A stretch of 64,000 nucleotides of DNA from Deltaproteobacteria bacterium (GTDB lineage: Bacteria; Desulfobacterota; Desulfomonilia; UBA1062): assembly GCA_011046135.1 (NCBI GenBank), contig DSBG01000042.1:10184-74183 (forward strand), in the 5' to 3' direction. This document shows positions 9,282 to 17,883 of this stretch, piece after piece. Positions within the stretch are counted from its first letter, which is position 1, and every line of letters starts with the position of its first letter. Under the pieces are notes generated by a model. It ran no database searches. It was not told the origin of the DNA and saw only the letters and a list, made by a program, of their open reading frames with translations. Both the position numbers and the translations under genes were made by a program.

Positions 9282-10398
9282 CTTCCAACAGTCTGTATTT
9301 TCTGTACACGAATGCCCACGACCTCAGCTCCTGTTCATCGAGAATGAGATCTTCATTGTCCGCATGTGATCGTACCGGGATCCTGTTGTTGCCCGCCAAG
9401 AGTCTCATGGACTGCAGGGGAATGTCAAGCAGGGCGGACGCCCTTTCAAGAGATACCCGGGACTTTTTTCCCCCTCCGACCTTCTTGAACACAAAGGTCT
9501 GGAGAATGGTCTTCTGGGTGGCATCAGCGTCTATGAGGTACGCCTTGTCCAGGATATCCACGTACTCTTCATCCATCTGATACCTGGTATTCGCAAATTC
9601 CACGAGAGCCCTGATATCATCCGGATACTGCTTGAGCAACCGTTTCAGGACCTGTGCTGCCTGTTCCATCTCGTTGAGGAAGAAGTGTATCTCGGCAAGG
9701 TAGAGGTACGTGTCCTTGTCCGTATCGCCCATCTCAAGGGCCTTCGAAAACATCTCAAGGGCGAGATCCAGATGGCCGAGTTCCCGGTGACATACCCCGA
9801 TGAGCTTGTAGATGCGAGGACTTGTAGAGCACAGTACATTGGCTTTTTCAAGGTCGTCGGCAGCAATGGTATAAAACCCCTGGGACATCTTGTCAGTAAC
9901 CCGCGACATGAATATTTTGAAGCGCTGCTCGAAATCTTTGCTGCTCAGGCTCTTGGACGGATCGGTGAAATGAAATCCCGAGGTGCACAGGTCGATGAAC
10001 TCCCTGTTTTCTGAAAGATTTTCTTCGGTTTCGAGGACCTCGATGACCCGTTGACAGAGGTTCTTGATGGGAAGGGCCGTAGCTGTTTTGTTGGTGACAA
10101 AGAGCCCGATTCCTAAAGATTCATTCTTTTCGATCTCAGAGAGATGTTTCGCCTCCGCGATGAGTTCCCTGAAGAAGATATTCGTCATGTCGCGGGAGTT
10201 TGTGATGGGAAGGACCATGGCGGATTTGTACTCTCCTCCCGGGCAGGTATATTCAAAACTCAGCCACAGTTCGTTGTATTCTGGATCGATTCTCTCGACC
10301 TCAACGGAGATCAGTTCGATGAGTCCCTTGGGTTGTTCAAGCTTGCCCCGCATGGATAAAGGTTTATTCCCTGGGGCCTGAAATGTCAACAGATTCAA
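9214..10398 (-). CDS. TPR protein with a C-terminal excisionase/MerR-like HTH (start uncertain; ATG 10353 is an alternative)
   Basis: TPR-like helices (YKLIGVCHRELGHLDLALEMFSKAL; YLYLAEIHF); C-terminal VSLERASALLDIPLQSMRLLAGNNRIP...LILDEQELRSW. Confidence 0.7.
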   Translation of the reverse strand: MNLLTFQAPGNKPLSMRGKLEQPKGLIELISVEVERIDPEYNELWLSFEYTCPGGEYKSAMVLPITNSRDMTNIFFRELIAEAKHLSEIEKNESLGIGLFVTNKTATALPIKNLCQRVIEVLETEENLSENREFIDLCTSGFHFTDPSKSLSSKDFEQRFKIFMSRVTDKMSQGFYTIAADDLEKANVLCSTSPRIYKLIGVCHRELGHLDLALEMFSKALEMGDTDKDTYLYLAEIHFFLNEMEQAAQVLKRLLKQYPDDIRALVEFANTRYQMDEEYVDILDKAYLIDADATQKTILQTFVFKKVGGGKKSRVSLERASALLDIPLQSMRLLAGNNRIPVRSHADNEDLILDEQELRSWAFVYRKYRLLEDEIERVSAHPPGDRYQGMALLP

Positions 10399-10478
10399 TC
10401 CTGATGGAGAAAAAAGCTCGGAAAATGACGTTGGAAAACACGGGAAAAGTATGGTAGCCTTGCTAAGGAGGAGATTTC

Positions 10479-11180
10479 ATGTTCCGGACGATACCATACT
10501 CCGTCGTGCTCTCGATGTTCATGCTGGCAGTGATGACCGGACTATGTCTCGCAGCCCCTCGGATCGAAATCGCTGAACCCCTCTTTGATGCAGGCGAGGT
10601 CCTGGAGGGAAAGGATGTTTCCCACGAATTTGTTCTCAAGAATATTGGCAGCGATCCCCTGATCGTAACCGTCAAGCCCTGCTGAGGGGTCAGAATACAT
10701 GCTCCGGGAGAGCATGAAATACAACCTGGGGAAACGAAGATGATCGAAGTCACCATGTCCACCAGGAATGCCAGGCATACCCTGAAACGACAGATCGACA
10801 TCAAGACAAATGACCCCGATGTTCCCGAGGTTTCAGTATACCTGCAGGCAACGGTTGTCGAAATGCTCTCCGTAAGCCCGCCGATACTGAACTTCGGAAA
10901 GGTGAGGCAGGGGTTGACCTATACAAAAGAACTCACCCTTACGAACACCTCGAAAACGGTCCTCGTCATATCCGGGATAGAGGGCAACCCGCCTGCCGTT
11001 CTCAACGTGTCAGCTGAGTGCCCCATCACCATCGAACCCGGACAAAGTCACACGATGACCGTGACGCTCGCTCCAGGATCCACAAAAAGCAGATTCCACG
11101 GATATATTTCCATCCTGACAGAGCTGGAATTTCTCCCCAGAAAGATCCTCCGGGTTGCGGCACAGATATCCAGAGAATAA
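10479..11180 (+). CDS. Exported DUF1573-like/Ig-fold protein, predicted selenoprotein (UGA at codon 69, VKPC-U-GVR)
   Basis: ORFs 10479-10685 and 10740-11180 are in one frame separated only by TGA 10683-10685; read-through gives a continuous DUF1573-like domain (FDAGEV...HEFVLKNIG..PL.VTVKPCUG...IQPGETKMIEV...TNDP); signal peptide; downstream hairpin. Confidence 0.85.
10698..10716 (+). promoter_or_regulatory. Bacterial SECIS-like stem-loop
   Basis: Perfect 7-bp stem CATGCTC/GAGCATG with CGGGA loop; loop starts 20 nt after the UGA. Confidence 0.75.
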
Positions 11181-11189
11181 CTCTTCGAT

Positions 11190-12761
11190 GTGAAGACCGA
11201 AAGCGTCCATACCAGGATGACGGTAGACAGCTTCAAGAGAAATGCAGTAACCGTGGGCGGCTTCACCGGTGTCAGCAGGATTCTCGGATTTGTCCGCGAT
11301 GTGGTCATGGCCTGGCTTCTCGGAGCAGGCCTTCTCGCCGATGCATTCATCGTCGCATTCAGGCTTCCCAACCTCCTTCGCAGGTTCATGGCCGAAGGTG
11401 CCGTGAGTGTCGCCTTCGTGCCGGTTTTTTCCGAGGTGAGGGCTCGCCAAGGGATCGAGAAGGCCTTCGAGCTCTCCCGGAGCATCTTCACCCTGATGTT
11501 TCTCCTGCTCGTGATTGTGGTCATTGTGGGAGAGTTGATCGCTCCCGCTCTGGTCGCCCTCATTGCCCCTGGATTTCTCAACCAGCCGGTTTTCGCTGAG
11601 GCCGTGCATCTGACCAGAATCATGTTTCCCTACATTCTCCTGATCGGAATCGTATCACTGTGTATGGGGATTCTCAATTCCCTCGGACATTTTGCCGCCC
11701 CCGCAGCCTCACCGATTCTCTTGAATGTCTTCATGATCTCTGTGCCGATCATCTTCCATGTTCTCGTCCCGGTCTTTTCATCGCCCGCGGATGCGCTGGC
11801 GGTGGGGGTGATCCTTGGAGGCATTGCCCAGCTTGCCATCCAGATCGTTCCGTTGAGACGGCGCAAGGTCCCCCTCGGTTTCAGCAGAGATCTCGGCAAT
11901 CCCCGGGTCAGGCAGGTGTCACGATTGATGGGAATCTCTGCCCTGGGAGCATCGGTCTACCAGATCAACGTCTTTGTGGGAACCCTGCTCGCTTCGCTCT
12001 TGGCCACGGGGAGCGTTTCCTATCTGTACTATGCCAACAGGATCACTGAACTTCCCCTGGGCATCTTTGCCTTTGCCGTGGGCAATGTCATGCTGCCAGC
12101 CATGAGCAGTGCCTCGGCGAATATGGACCTGGATAAGGTTTCCTCTCTCCTGAAAAGAGCGATATCAGCCGTGTCTCTCTTCGTCATTCCTGCTTCTGTG
12201 GGAATCTTCGTGCTGGCTGAGCCCATCTTCGCCGTTCTCTTCATGCGCGGCCAGTTCAGCGCGAGTGATGTCAGCGCGTCGGCGTATGCCCTCCAGATGT
12301 ACACCCTTGGTCTGTGTGCGGTAGGGTGGTCGCGGATCTTCACCCAGGCGCTCTATGCCATGCAACGGGCTGGCCTCGTGGTAAAAGTTGCCTGGCTCAC
12401 CCTCGGGTTGAACGTGATCCTGTGCCTGGTGCTCATGCCGGTGATGAACCATGCAGGCATTGCCCTGGCCAGCAGCCTCTCCATGTTTTTCCAGCTGGTT
12501 GTCCTCGCTCGGTCCCTCACCGGCAACGGGGTGAGCGCATGGAGCGGCCACTGGAGATCGTTTCTGAAGATGACGGGTGCCGCACTTGTTATGGGTGCGT
12601 TCCTGCTGCCGTTTCTGAGGATGGAATTCTGGATGGAGGGATTCACGGTCTTCAGCGCCGGGATATTGATTTTCTGTATCATCATGGGAGCGCTGCTCTA
12701 CTTTGGCCTGCTCCGTATCATGGGCATCCCCGTCACATGGAAAGGATCTCCTTCGGGGTAA
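11190..12761 (+). CDS. murJ: Lipid II flippase MurJ (MviN)
   Basis: SRILGFVRD, AFRLPNLLRRFMAEGA, YLYYANRITELPLG; many TM segments. Confidence 0.96.
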   Translation: MKTESVHTRMTVDSFKRNAVTVGGFTGVSRILGFVRDVVMAWLLGAGLLADAFIVAFRLPNLLRRFMAEGAVSVAFVPVFSEVRARQGIEKAFELSRSIFTLMFLLLVIVVIVGELIAPALVALIAPGFLNQPVFAEAVHLTRIMFPYILLIGIVSLCMGILNSLGHFAAPAASPILLNVFMISVPIIFHVLVPVFSSPADALAVGVILGGIAQLAIQIVPLRRRKVPLGFSRDLGNPRVRQVSRLMGISALGASVYQINVFVGTLLASLLATGSVSYLYYANRITELPLGIFAFAVGNVMLPAMSSASANMDLDKVSSLLKRAISAVSLFVIPASVGIFVLAEPIFAVLFMRGQFSASDVSASAYALQMYTLGLCAVGWSRIFTQALYAMQRAGLVVKVAWLTLGLNVILCLVLMPVMNHAGIALASSLSMFFQLVVLARSLTGNGVSAWSGHWRSFLKMTGAALVMGAFLLPFLRMEFWMEGFTVFSAGILIFCIIMGALLYFGLLRIMGIPVTWKGSPSG

Positions 12762-12920
12762 GGGGGTCTTTGGCCTCATGACAAAGAATACAGATATTTT
12801 CATTTTACAGCATTTGTGTGCACTGTATGAAATTTATTTCTTATAAAAAGTAAGAAAAGTTCTTCTACTCGCTACAGTACAGGGATCTTCTTCAGCGTAC
12901 AAAGCCAACTTCAATCAGAA

Positions 12921-12933
12921 TATCATCAGGTTA
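12921..12933 (+). promoter_or_regulatory. IHF-like site
   Basis: TATCATCAGGTTA, one mismatch to WATCAANNNNTTR, just upstream of the -24 element. Confidence 0.45.
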
Positions 12934-12949
12934 GATGCTCCTTGACCAG

Positions 12950-12965
12950 TGGCATCATGTTTGCA
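12950..12965 (+). promoter_or_regulatory. Sigma-54 (-24/-12) promoter
   Basis: TGGCATCATGTTTGCA: GG-N10-GC with near-consensus TGGCA and TTGCA. Confidence 0.8.
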
Positions 12966-12992
12966 CTTTACAGACGAGAAACGGGGAAAGGT

Positions 12993-13118
12993 ATGAGCCT
13001 GACACGCAGGGAGATTCTTGAACAACTTGCAAGACTTGGAATTCGAGAGCTTCAGGATCTCAAAAAGGCGTGCAGGGAATTTGAAGTGTACTGGGTGCAC
13101 ATACAGTGCAGAATGTAG
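12993..13118 (+). CDS. 41-aa small protein MSLTRREILEQLARLGIRELQDLKKACREFEVYWVHIQCRM (absent from ORF track)
   Basis: ATG 12993 after purine-rich GGGGAAAGG RBS, TAG 13116-13118; amphipathic helical pattern; directly downstream of the sigma-54 promoter. Confidence 0.7.
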   Translation: MSLTRREILEQLARLGIRELQDLKKACREFEVYWVHIQCRM

Positions 13119-13160
13119 CGGTTTTCCCCCTTCACGGCGAGGGGTGTACTGTGGCTCTGG

Positions 13161-15044
13161 GTGAGGTATACGGGTGATAGGATGCTGTTAGAGAGATTGT
13201 CAAGATACCTGATCGATCAGACCCTTGAACTCACTCCTGATTTCATCAGAGACAATGCATCGCGTATCCCGCTTCTCTTTCAGGTTTCTCTGCTCACAGA
13301 CATGGATGCTCACATCGACAAGGTATCGGACATTTTTCTCGATTTTATGGAGCATATCACTCCTTATGATGCCGCCCTGGTCTACCTCTGGGAACCTGAA
13401 GAACTGTGGTTCTGCAAGGGACTTCGGGGAGAAATACCCTCAGACATCGACAAGGGTGACATTTTTTCCTGTGTCATTAGAGATACTGCACGTCCTATTC
13501 TGGTTCCTGATCTGGACGAGATGGAGCTTTCAAAAGACCATCTCCCCGTTGACTTCTCTTCCATGATCGGTCTGCCCATTTACATAGACACGAAGATCGT
13601 TGGGTGTCTCGAACTCTTCCGCAAGGAGATGGAGCCTTTCACGGTCAATGACCTTGTCTTCGTGAAGCATCTTCTCCTGAGTTCTGAAAACATCCTCAAG
13701 GAAGTATTCGGAACGAAAACTGAATGGGATTTCGATGGAGCCCTCGATATCCGCATGGACATTCCTCAACGGCATCTGCTCCTGGATGTTCTTCACCAGT
13801 ATGAAGAGCTCTCAAAGCGGCTCTCGTTCCCTTTGAGTGTTGCCATCGTTGAAATACAGAATCCAGTGATTTTGGGTCTCTACCAGCGGATTCCCGAAGG
13901 AGCAAGAGCTCTCAAGACCCTTGCCCGGAGGATTCAGGAATGCCTGAGATGTTACGACAAGGTATTGCGTTATGAGGAGATGAGTTTTTTTATTATACTG
14001 CCCGGATGCTCATCAATCGACGCACTTACCGCGATTCACAATGCCATCGTCAAGCTGGGGACTGACCTTGCGGAAGATGTGAAGATCGGCATCGCCACGC
14101 TTCCCGATGAAGCACAAGATGCAAAAGGACTTATCAATTGTGTCCATCAGGCCTTGTCGTATGCAAAGAAAAGGACTCTGCCCATGGCGAGGTATTCACA
14201 GACAGATGTGATGAAAGCCGTGAATTTTTCCCTTGAGCTGGAGTTAAAACGCATCCTCAGGGCATGCCCGTCCCTGGATGTCATTAACGATCTGCTCGAA
14301 CTGTTCAAGATCCAGTGCCAGGCAGAAGAAGTTGCCATAAGAAACTCCCCCCCGGGAACGCCGGTGAGCTGGGAGGGGAATGATCTTGGGTTTATCACCC
14401 ATCAAGGGCTTCCCGCCGGCATCTCTGACTGGATTCTTTCGTACGTTACCCCGGCGTGGGCTGTGGCAACCGCCTTTGATTCCGATATCAGGAACTGGTT
14501 CATAAGCATTCTGGCAACGGCATCGATCCTCATCGATCTTCGAGCCGGCTATCCCATGGGCTATTCCATTAGGGTGTCTGATCAGGTCTACACCGTGGCA
14601 AAGGAGATGGGTGTGAGCGATATTCAGGCCCATCAGTGGGCCAATGCATCACTGTGTGCCAACATCGGATACCTTGGGATTCCCACCAGCATATTCACCA
14701 AGGGAGATATAACTCCATTTGAAAAAAAGAAAATACACGGCCACACGATCATTTCAGCCAGAATGCTGAAAGAATATAACGTGCTAGACCTTGATGAAAA
14801 TCTCCTCCTCTACCACCACGAGAATCTCGATGGAAGCGGGTATCCTCGCGGAATGAAAGGAGATGAGATCCCCCAGTCTGCCCGGGTCATGAGGGTTATC
14901 GATACGTTCAATGCCATGACATCTCCAAGGCTGCATAAGGCTCAGATGAGTCATGGAGATGCCCTGAGGGAAGTGTATGCTCTTGCAGGAAAAACGCTGG
15001 ATCCCGACGTGACATCTCTGTACCTGGACACTATCGGTTTCTGA
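13161..15044 (+). CDS. GAF + degenerate GGDEF + degenerate HD-GYP protein (likely start ATG 13182)
   Basis: GAF (SMIGLPI...IVGCLEL); RYEEMSFFIILPG at the GGDEF position; SLCANIG at the HD position; HHENLDGSGYPRGMKGDEIP retained. Confidence 0.85.
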   Translation: MRYTGDRMLLERLSRYLIDQTLELTPDFIRDNASRIPLLFQVSLLTDMDAHIDKVSDIFLDFMEHITPYDAALVYLWEPEELWFCKGLRGEIPSDIDKGDIFSCVIRDTARPILVPDLDEMELSKDHLPVDFSSMIGLPIYIDTKIVGCLELFRKEMEPFTVNDLVFVKHLLLSSENILKEVFGTKTEWDFDGALDIRMDIPQRHLLLDVLHQYEELSKRLSFPLSVAIVEIQNPVILGLYQRIPEGARALKTLARRIQECLRCYDKVLRYEEMSFFIILPGCSSIDALTAIHNAIVKLGTDLAEDVKIGIATLPDEAQDAKGLINCVHQALSYAKKRTLPMARYSQTDVMKAVNFSLELELKRILRACPSLDVINDLLELFKIQCQAEEVAIRNSPPGTPVSWEGNDLGFITHQGLPAGISDWILSYVTPAWAVATAFDSDIRNWFISILATASILIDLRAGYPMGYSIRVSDQVYTVAKEMGVSDIQAHQWANASLCANIGYLGIPTSIFTKGDITPFEKKKIHGHTIISARMLKEYNVLDLDENLLLYHHENLDGSGYPRGMKGDEIPQSARVMRVIDTFNAMTSPRLHKAQMSHGDALREVYALAGKTLDPDVTSLYLDTIGF

Positions 15045-16401
15045 TCCATCTCGGGTGGGTGATGCCATACTTTCTGATCTTGTAGTGGATCACCCGCTTG
15101 CTGATCCCCAGCGAACTGGCCGCCTCTTTCTGAATCCAGTCGTTTTTGCGCAATGCCTCCAGGATGATATCCCGCTCAGAGAGGGCCAGAGAGGACATGG
15201 TCTCTGATTCCTCTTTTCTGGGGAGTGGGTTCTGACCATGATTGATTGAGATGTCCTGGGAGCGGATCATGCTTCCCTCCGTAAGAAGGACAGCCCTCTC
15301 CACGCAGTTTCTGATCTCCCTGACATTGCCCGGCCAGTCGTACTCAAGCATGACTGACAGCGCAGAGGAATCGATTTCCATAAGGGTCTTTCTGAACTCC
15401 CCGCAGTATTTCCTGATGAAGTACTGTACGAGCGGCTCGATGTCTTCCCTTCGTTGTCTGATGGGGGGAATGTGGATATTCACCACGTTGATCCGGTAAT
15501 AGAGATCTTCCCTGAATTTTCCCTGCTGGACAAGACTCATGAGGTCCTGGTTCGTGGCCGCGATCACCCTGACGTCCACCCGTATGGTTCGTTCTCCGCC
15601 AACTCTCTCAAATTCACGCTCTTCGAGTACTCTGAGTATTTTGGACTGCAGCGTGAGGTCCATGTCACCAATCTCATCGAGGAAGATCGTGCCCATGTTC
15701 GCCTGCTCCACTCTCCCAGTCCTCATCTTGATGGCTCCGGTGAAGGCGCCTTTTTCATGCCCGAAAAGTTCGCTTTCAAGGATATTCTGGGGAAGTGCGG
15801 CACAGTTGACTTGCACGAAGTTATTCGTGCAGCGGTTTGAGTTGTGGTGAATGGCCCCCGCGATAAGTCCCTTGCCGACGCCGGTCTCTCCCGTAATGAG
15901 TAGGGTGGAGTCTGCCCCTGCAACCTTTTCCACCATGTTCAGGACTCTCTTGAGAGGGGCACTTTCGCCGATGATGTCCGAGGTGCGATAGATGATATCT
16001 TCCTGTTTGTGCCTGAGGTAATCGATCTCGTTCTTCATGCGCTTTATGGCCAGGGCATCGTCGATCTTCTGTACGATTTCATGAAGCCCGAAAGGTTTCT
16101 GCACGAAGTCCTGTGCGCCGTTCTTCATTGCAACGACAGCAGTATCGATGGATGCGTATCCCGTCATAACAATGACAATCGTCGTGGGGCTGAGCTTCTT
16201 TGCCTTTTTTAAGAGTTCGATCCCATCCATGCCCGGAAGCTTGAGATCGGTGAGCATGAGATCGTAGACATACTTGTCCAATCTTGCCAGGGCAGCTTCT
16301 GCCTCGTCCACAAGCTCCACGTCATGCTTGTGCTTCTTGAATTCCTGAAAAAGGATCTGCCCAAGATTGATGTCATCTTCGACTATGAGTACATGTGCCA
16401 T
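15031..16401 (-). CDS. Sigma-54-dependent response regulator (NtrC/AtoC family)
   Basis: Receiver DLMLTDLKLPG; GETGVGK; ESELFGHEKGAFTGA; FLDEIG; WPGNVRE; Fis-type HTH. Confidence 0.96.
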   Translation of the reverse strand: MAHVLIVEDDINLGQILFQEFKKHKHDVELVDEAEAALARLDKYVYDLMLTDLKLPGMDGIELLKKAKKLSPTTIVIVMTGYASIDTAVVAMKNGAQDFVQKPFGLHEIVQKIDDALAIKRMKNEIDYLRHKQEDIIYRTSDIIGESAPLKRVLNMVEKVAGADSTLLITGETGVGKGLIAGAIHHNSNRCTNNFVQVNCAALPQNILESELFGHEKGAFTGAIKMRTGRVEQANMGTIFLDEIGDMDLTLQSKILRVLEEREFERVGGERTIRVDVRVIAATNQDLMSLVQQGKFREDLYYRINVVNIHIPPIRQRREDIEPLVQYFIRKYCGEFRKTLMEIDSSALSVMLEYDWPGNVREIRNCVERAVLLTEGSMIRSQDISINHGQNPLPRKEESETMSSLALSERDIILEALRKNDWIQKEAASSLGISKRVIHYKIRKYGITHPRWIRNR

Positions 16402-16494
16402 AACTCTTCATGTAATCGGATTTCGCCTGTGAAAACTTAACCGGGAGACATGATGCGGGGGAGACGGTATAAAGGCGCCGCAAGGGTGCGAACA

Positions 16495-17601
16495 TTAGGA
16501 AAACGTGATGTCTGTGTAGGGCATCTCCAGGCTCATAGCCAATGCGCGGTACGTAATGGCGCCTTTATACACATTGAGACCATGTGCAATGGCCGGATCT
16601 TCGAAGGCAGCAGGAATGCCCATCGAGGCGATTTTCGCGGCGTAGGGAAGGGTTGCCCCTGAAAGTCCCCAGGTGGCGGTGATGGGGACGCTCCCCGGCA
16701 TGTTAGCCACGCAGTAGTGTATGATGCCTTCTTCCTGGTACACAGGATTGTCATGATGGGTCGGTCGGGATGTCTCACAACACCCCCTCTGATCAACGGA
16801 GACATCGACGATCACCGAAGCGTGCTTCATGGTGAGGAGATTTTCTCTTCTGACTATCTTTGGTGTCGATGCTCCGGGGATGAGTACTGCCCCGATGACA
16901 AGATCCGCATTCTGGATGCACTTGGCCAGAGAATCAGGTGTGGAGAAGAGGGTGTCTATTCCCGAGCCGAACCGTGCGACGAGATACTGCAGTCTGGTCT
17001 TGTCTCTTTCGAGAACGGAAACGCGTGCACCCATCCCGGTGGCGATTTCTGCTGCGTTGATTCCTACCGTCCCGCCTCCGATGATGAGGACAGATCCCCG
17101 TTCCACCCCCGGGATTCCCCCGAGCAGGATGCCTCAGCCGCCATGAATCTTTTCGAGGTATCTGGATCCCTGCTGTACCGAGAGCTTGCCTGCTATCTCG
17201 CTCATGGGTTCGAGGAGAGGGAGATGGCCATCAGGCTGTTGTACGGTCTCAAATGCAATGGAGGTAACGCCACGGGAGAGGAGAATTTCGGTAAGGGGTT
17301 GATTTGCTGCCAAGTGGAGGTAACAGAACAGGATCTGATCCTCTCTGAGGAGATCGTATTCCTGAGCCAGAGGGCCTTTCACCTTATAGATCATCTCGGA
17401 AGAGCCATAGACCTCTTCGGCTGTGTCCAGGCAGACTGCTCCAGCTCTTCGGTAGTCCTCGTCACTGAGTGAGCATCCCTGCCCCGCCCCTCGCTCAATA
17501 AACACGTGGTGACCTGCATCGAGAAGCGTTTGTACCCCGGCGGGGGTAATGGAAACCCGGTATTCCTGGGGTGTAATCTCACGTGGTATGCCGATGTTCA
17601 T
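16495..17601 (-). CDS. ald: Alanine dehydrogenase, full-length frame (368 codons) interrupted by one in-frame TGA at codon 156 (Sec or nonsense)
   Basis: IGIPRE...[23 protein letters not shown], then [40 protein letters not shown]; both track ORFs share a frame. Confidence 0.85.
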
Positions 17602-17696
17602 TCACTCCTCCGTGTGTGCTGTCTCACTTCATCTGGGAGACTCTATCCCTGATAGTCCCTGTCGATCAAGAAGATTTTGATCCCGAGTATGGATTC

Positions 17697-17709
17697 AATC
17701 AAGTGGTTG
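17697..17709 (+). promoter_or_regulatory. IHF consensus site in the ald/MBL divergent intergenic region
   Basis: AATCAAGTGGTTG matches WATCAANNNNTTR exactly. Confidence 0.4.
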
Positions 17710-17883
17710 ATCGCGCCAAAAGAGATTTTCCCACACGACACAGGAGGGGTTTCTCGAGAGCCCGCCTTTTGTAAGGGTGATGCCAGTTGACCAAAGCCCA
17801 TCGGTATACTATTGTGATGATATGGAAACCATACATCAGAAATTCAAACTCCATCTATGTTACCCATCACCAGGGAGGGCTTG

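Noticed and set aside
17770-17785. Possible sigma-54 promoter for ald (minus strand TGGCATCACCCTTACA)
   Set aside because: The conserved -12 GC is AC, and the IHF site would lie downstream of it
17602-17880. Glycine or other riboswitch upstream of ald
   Set aside because: No recognisable aptamer core on either strand
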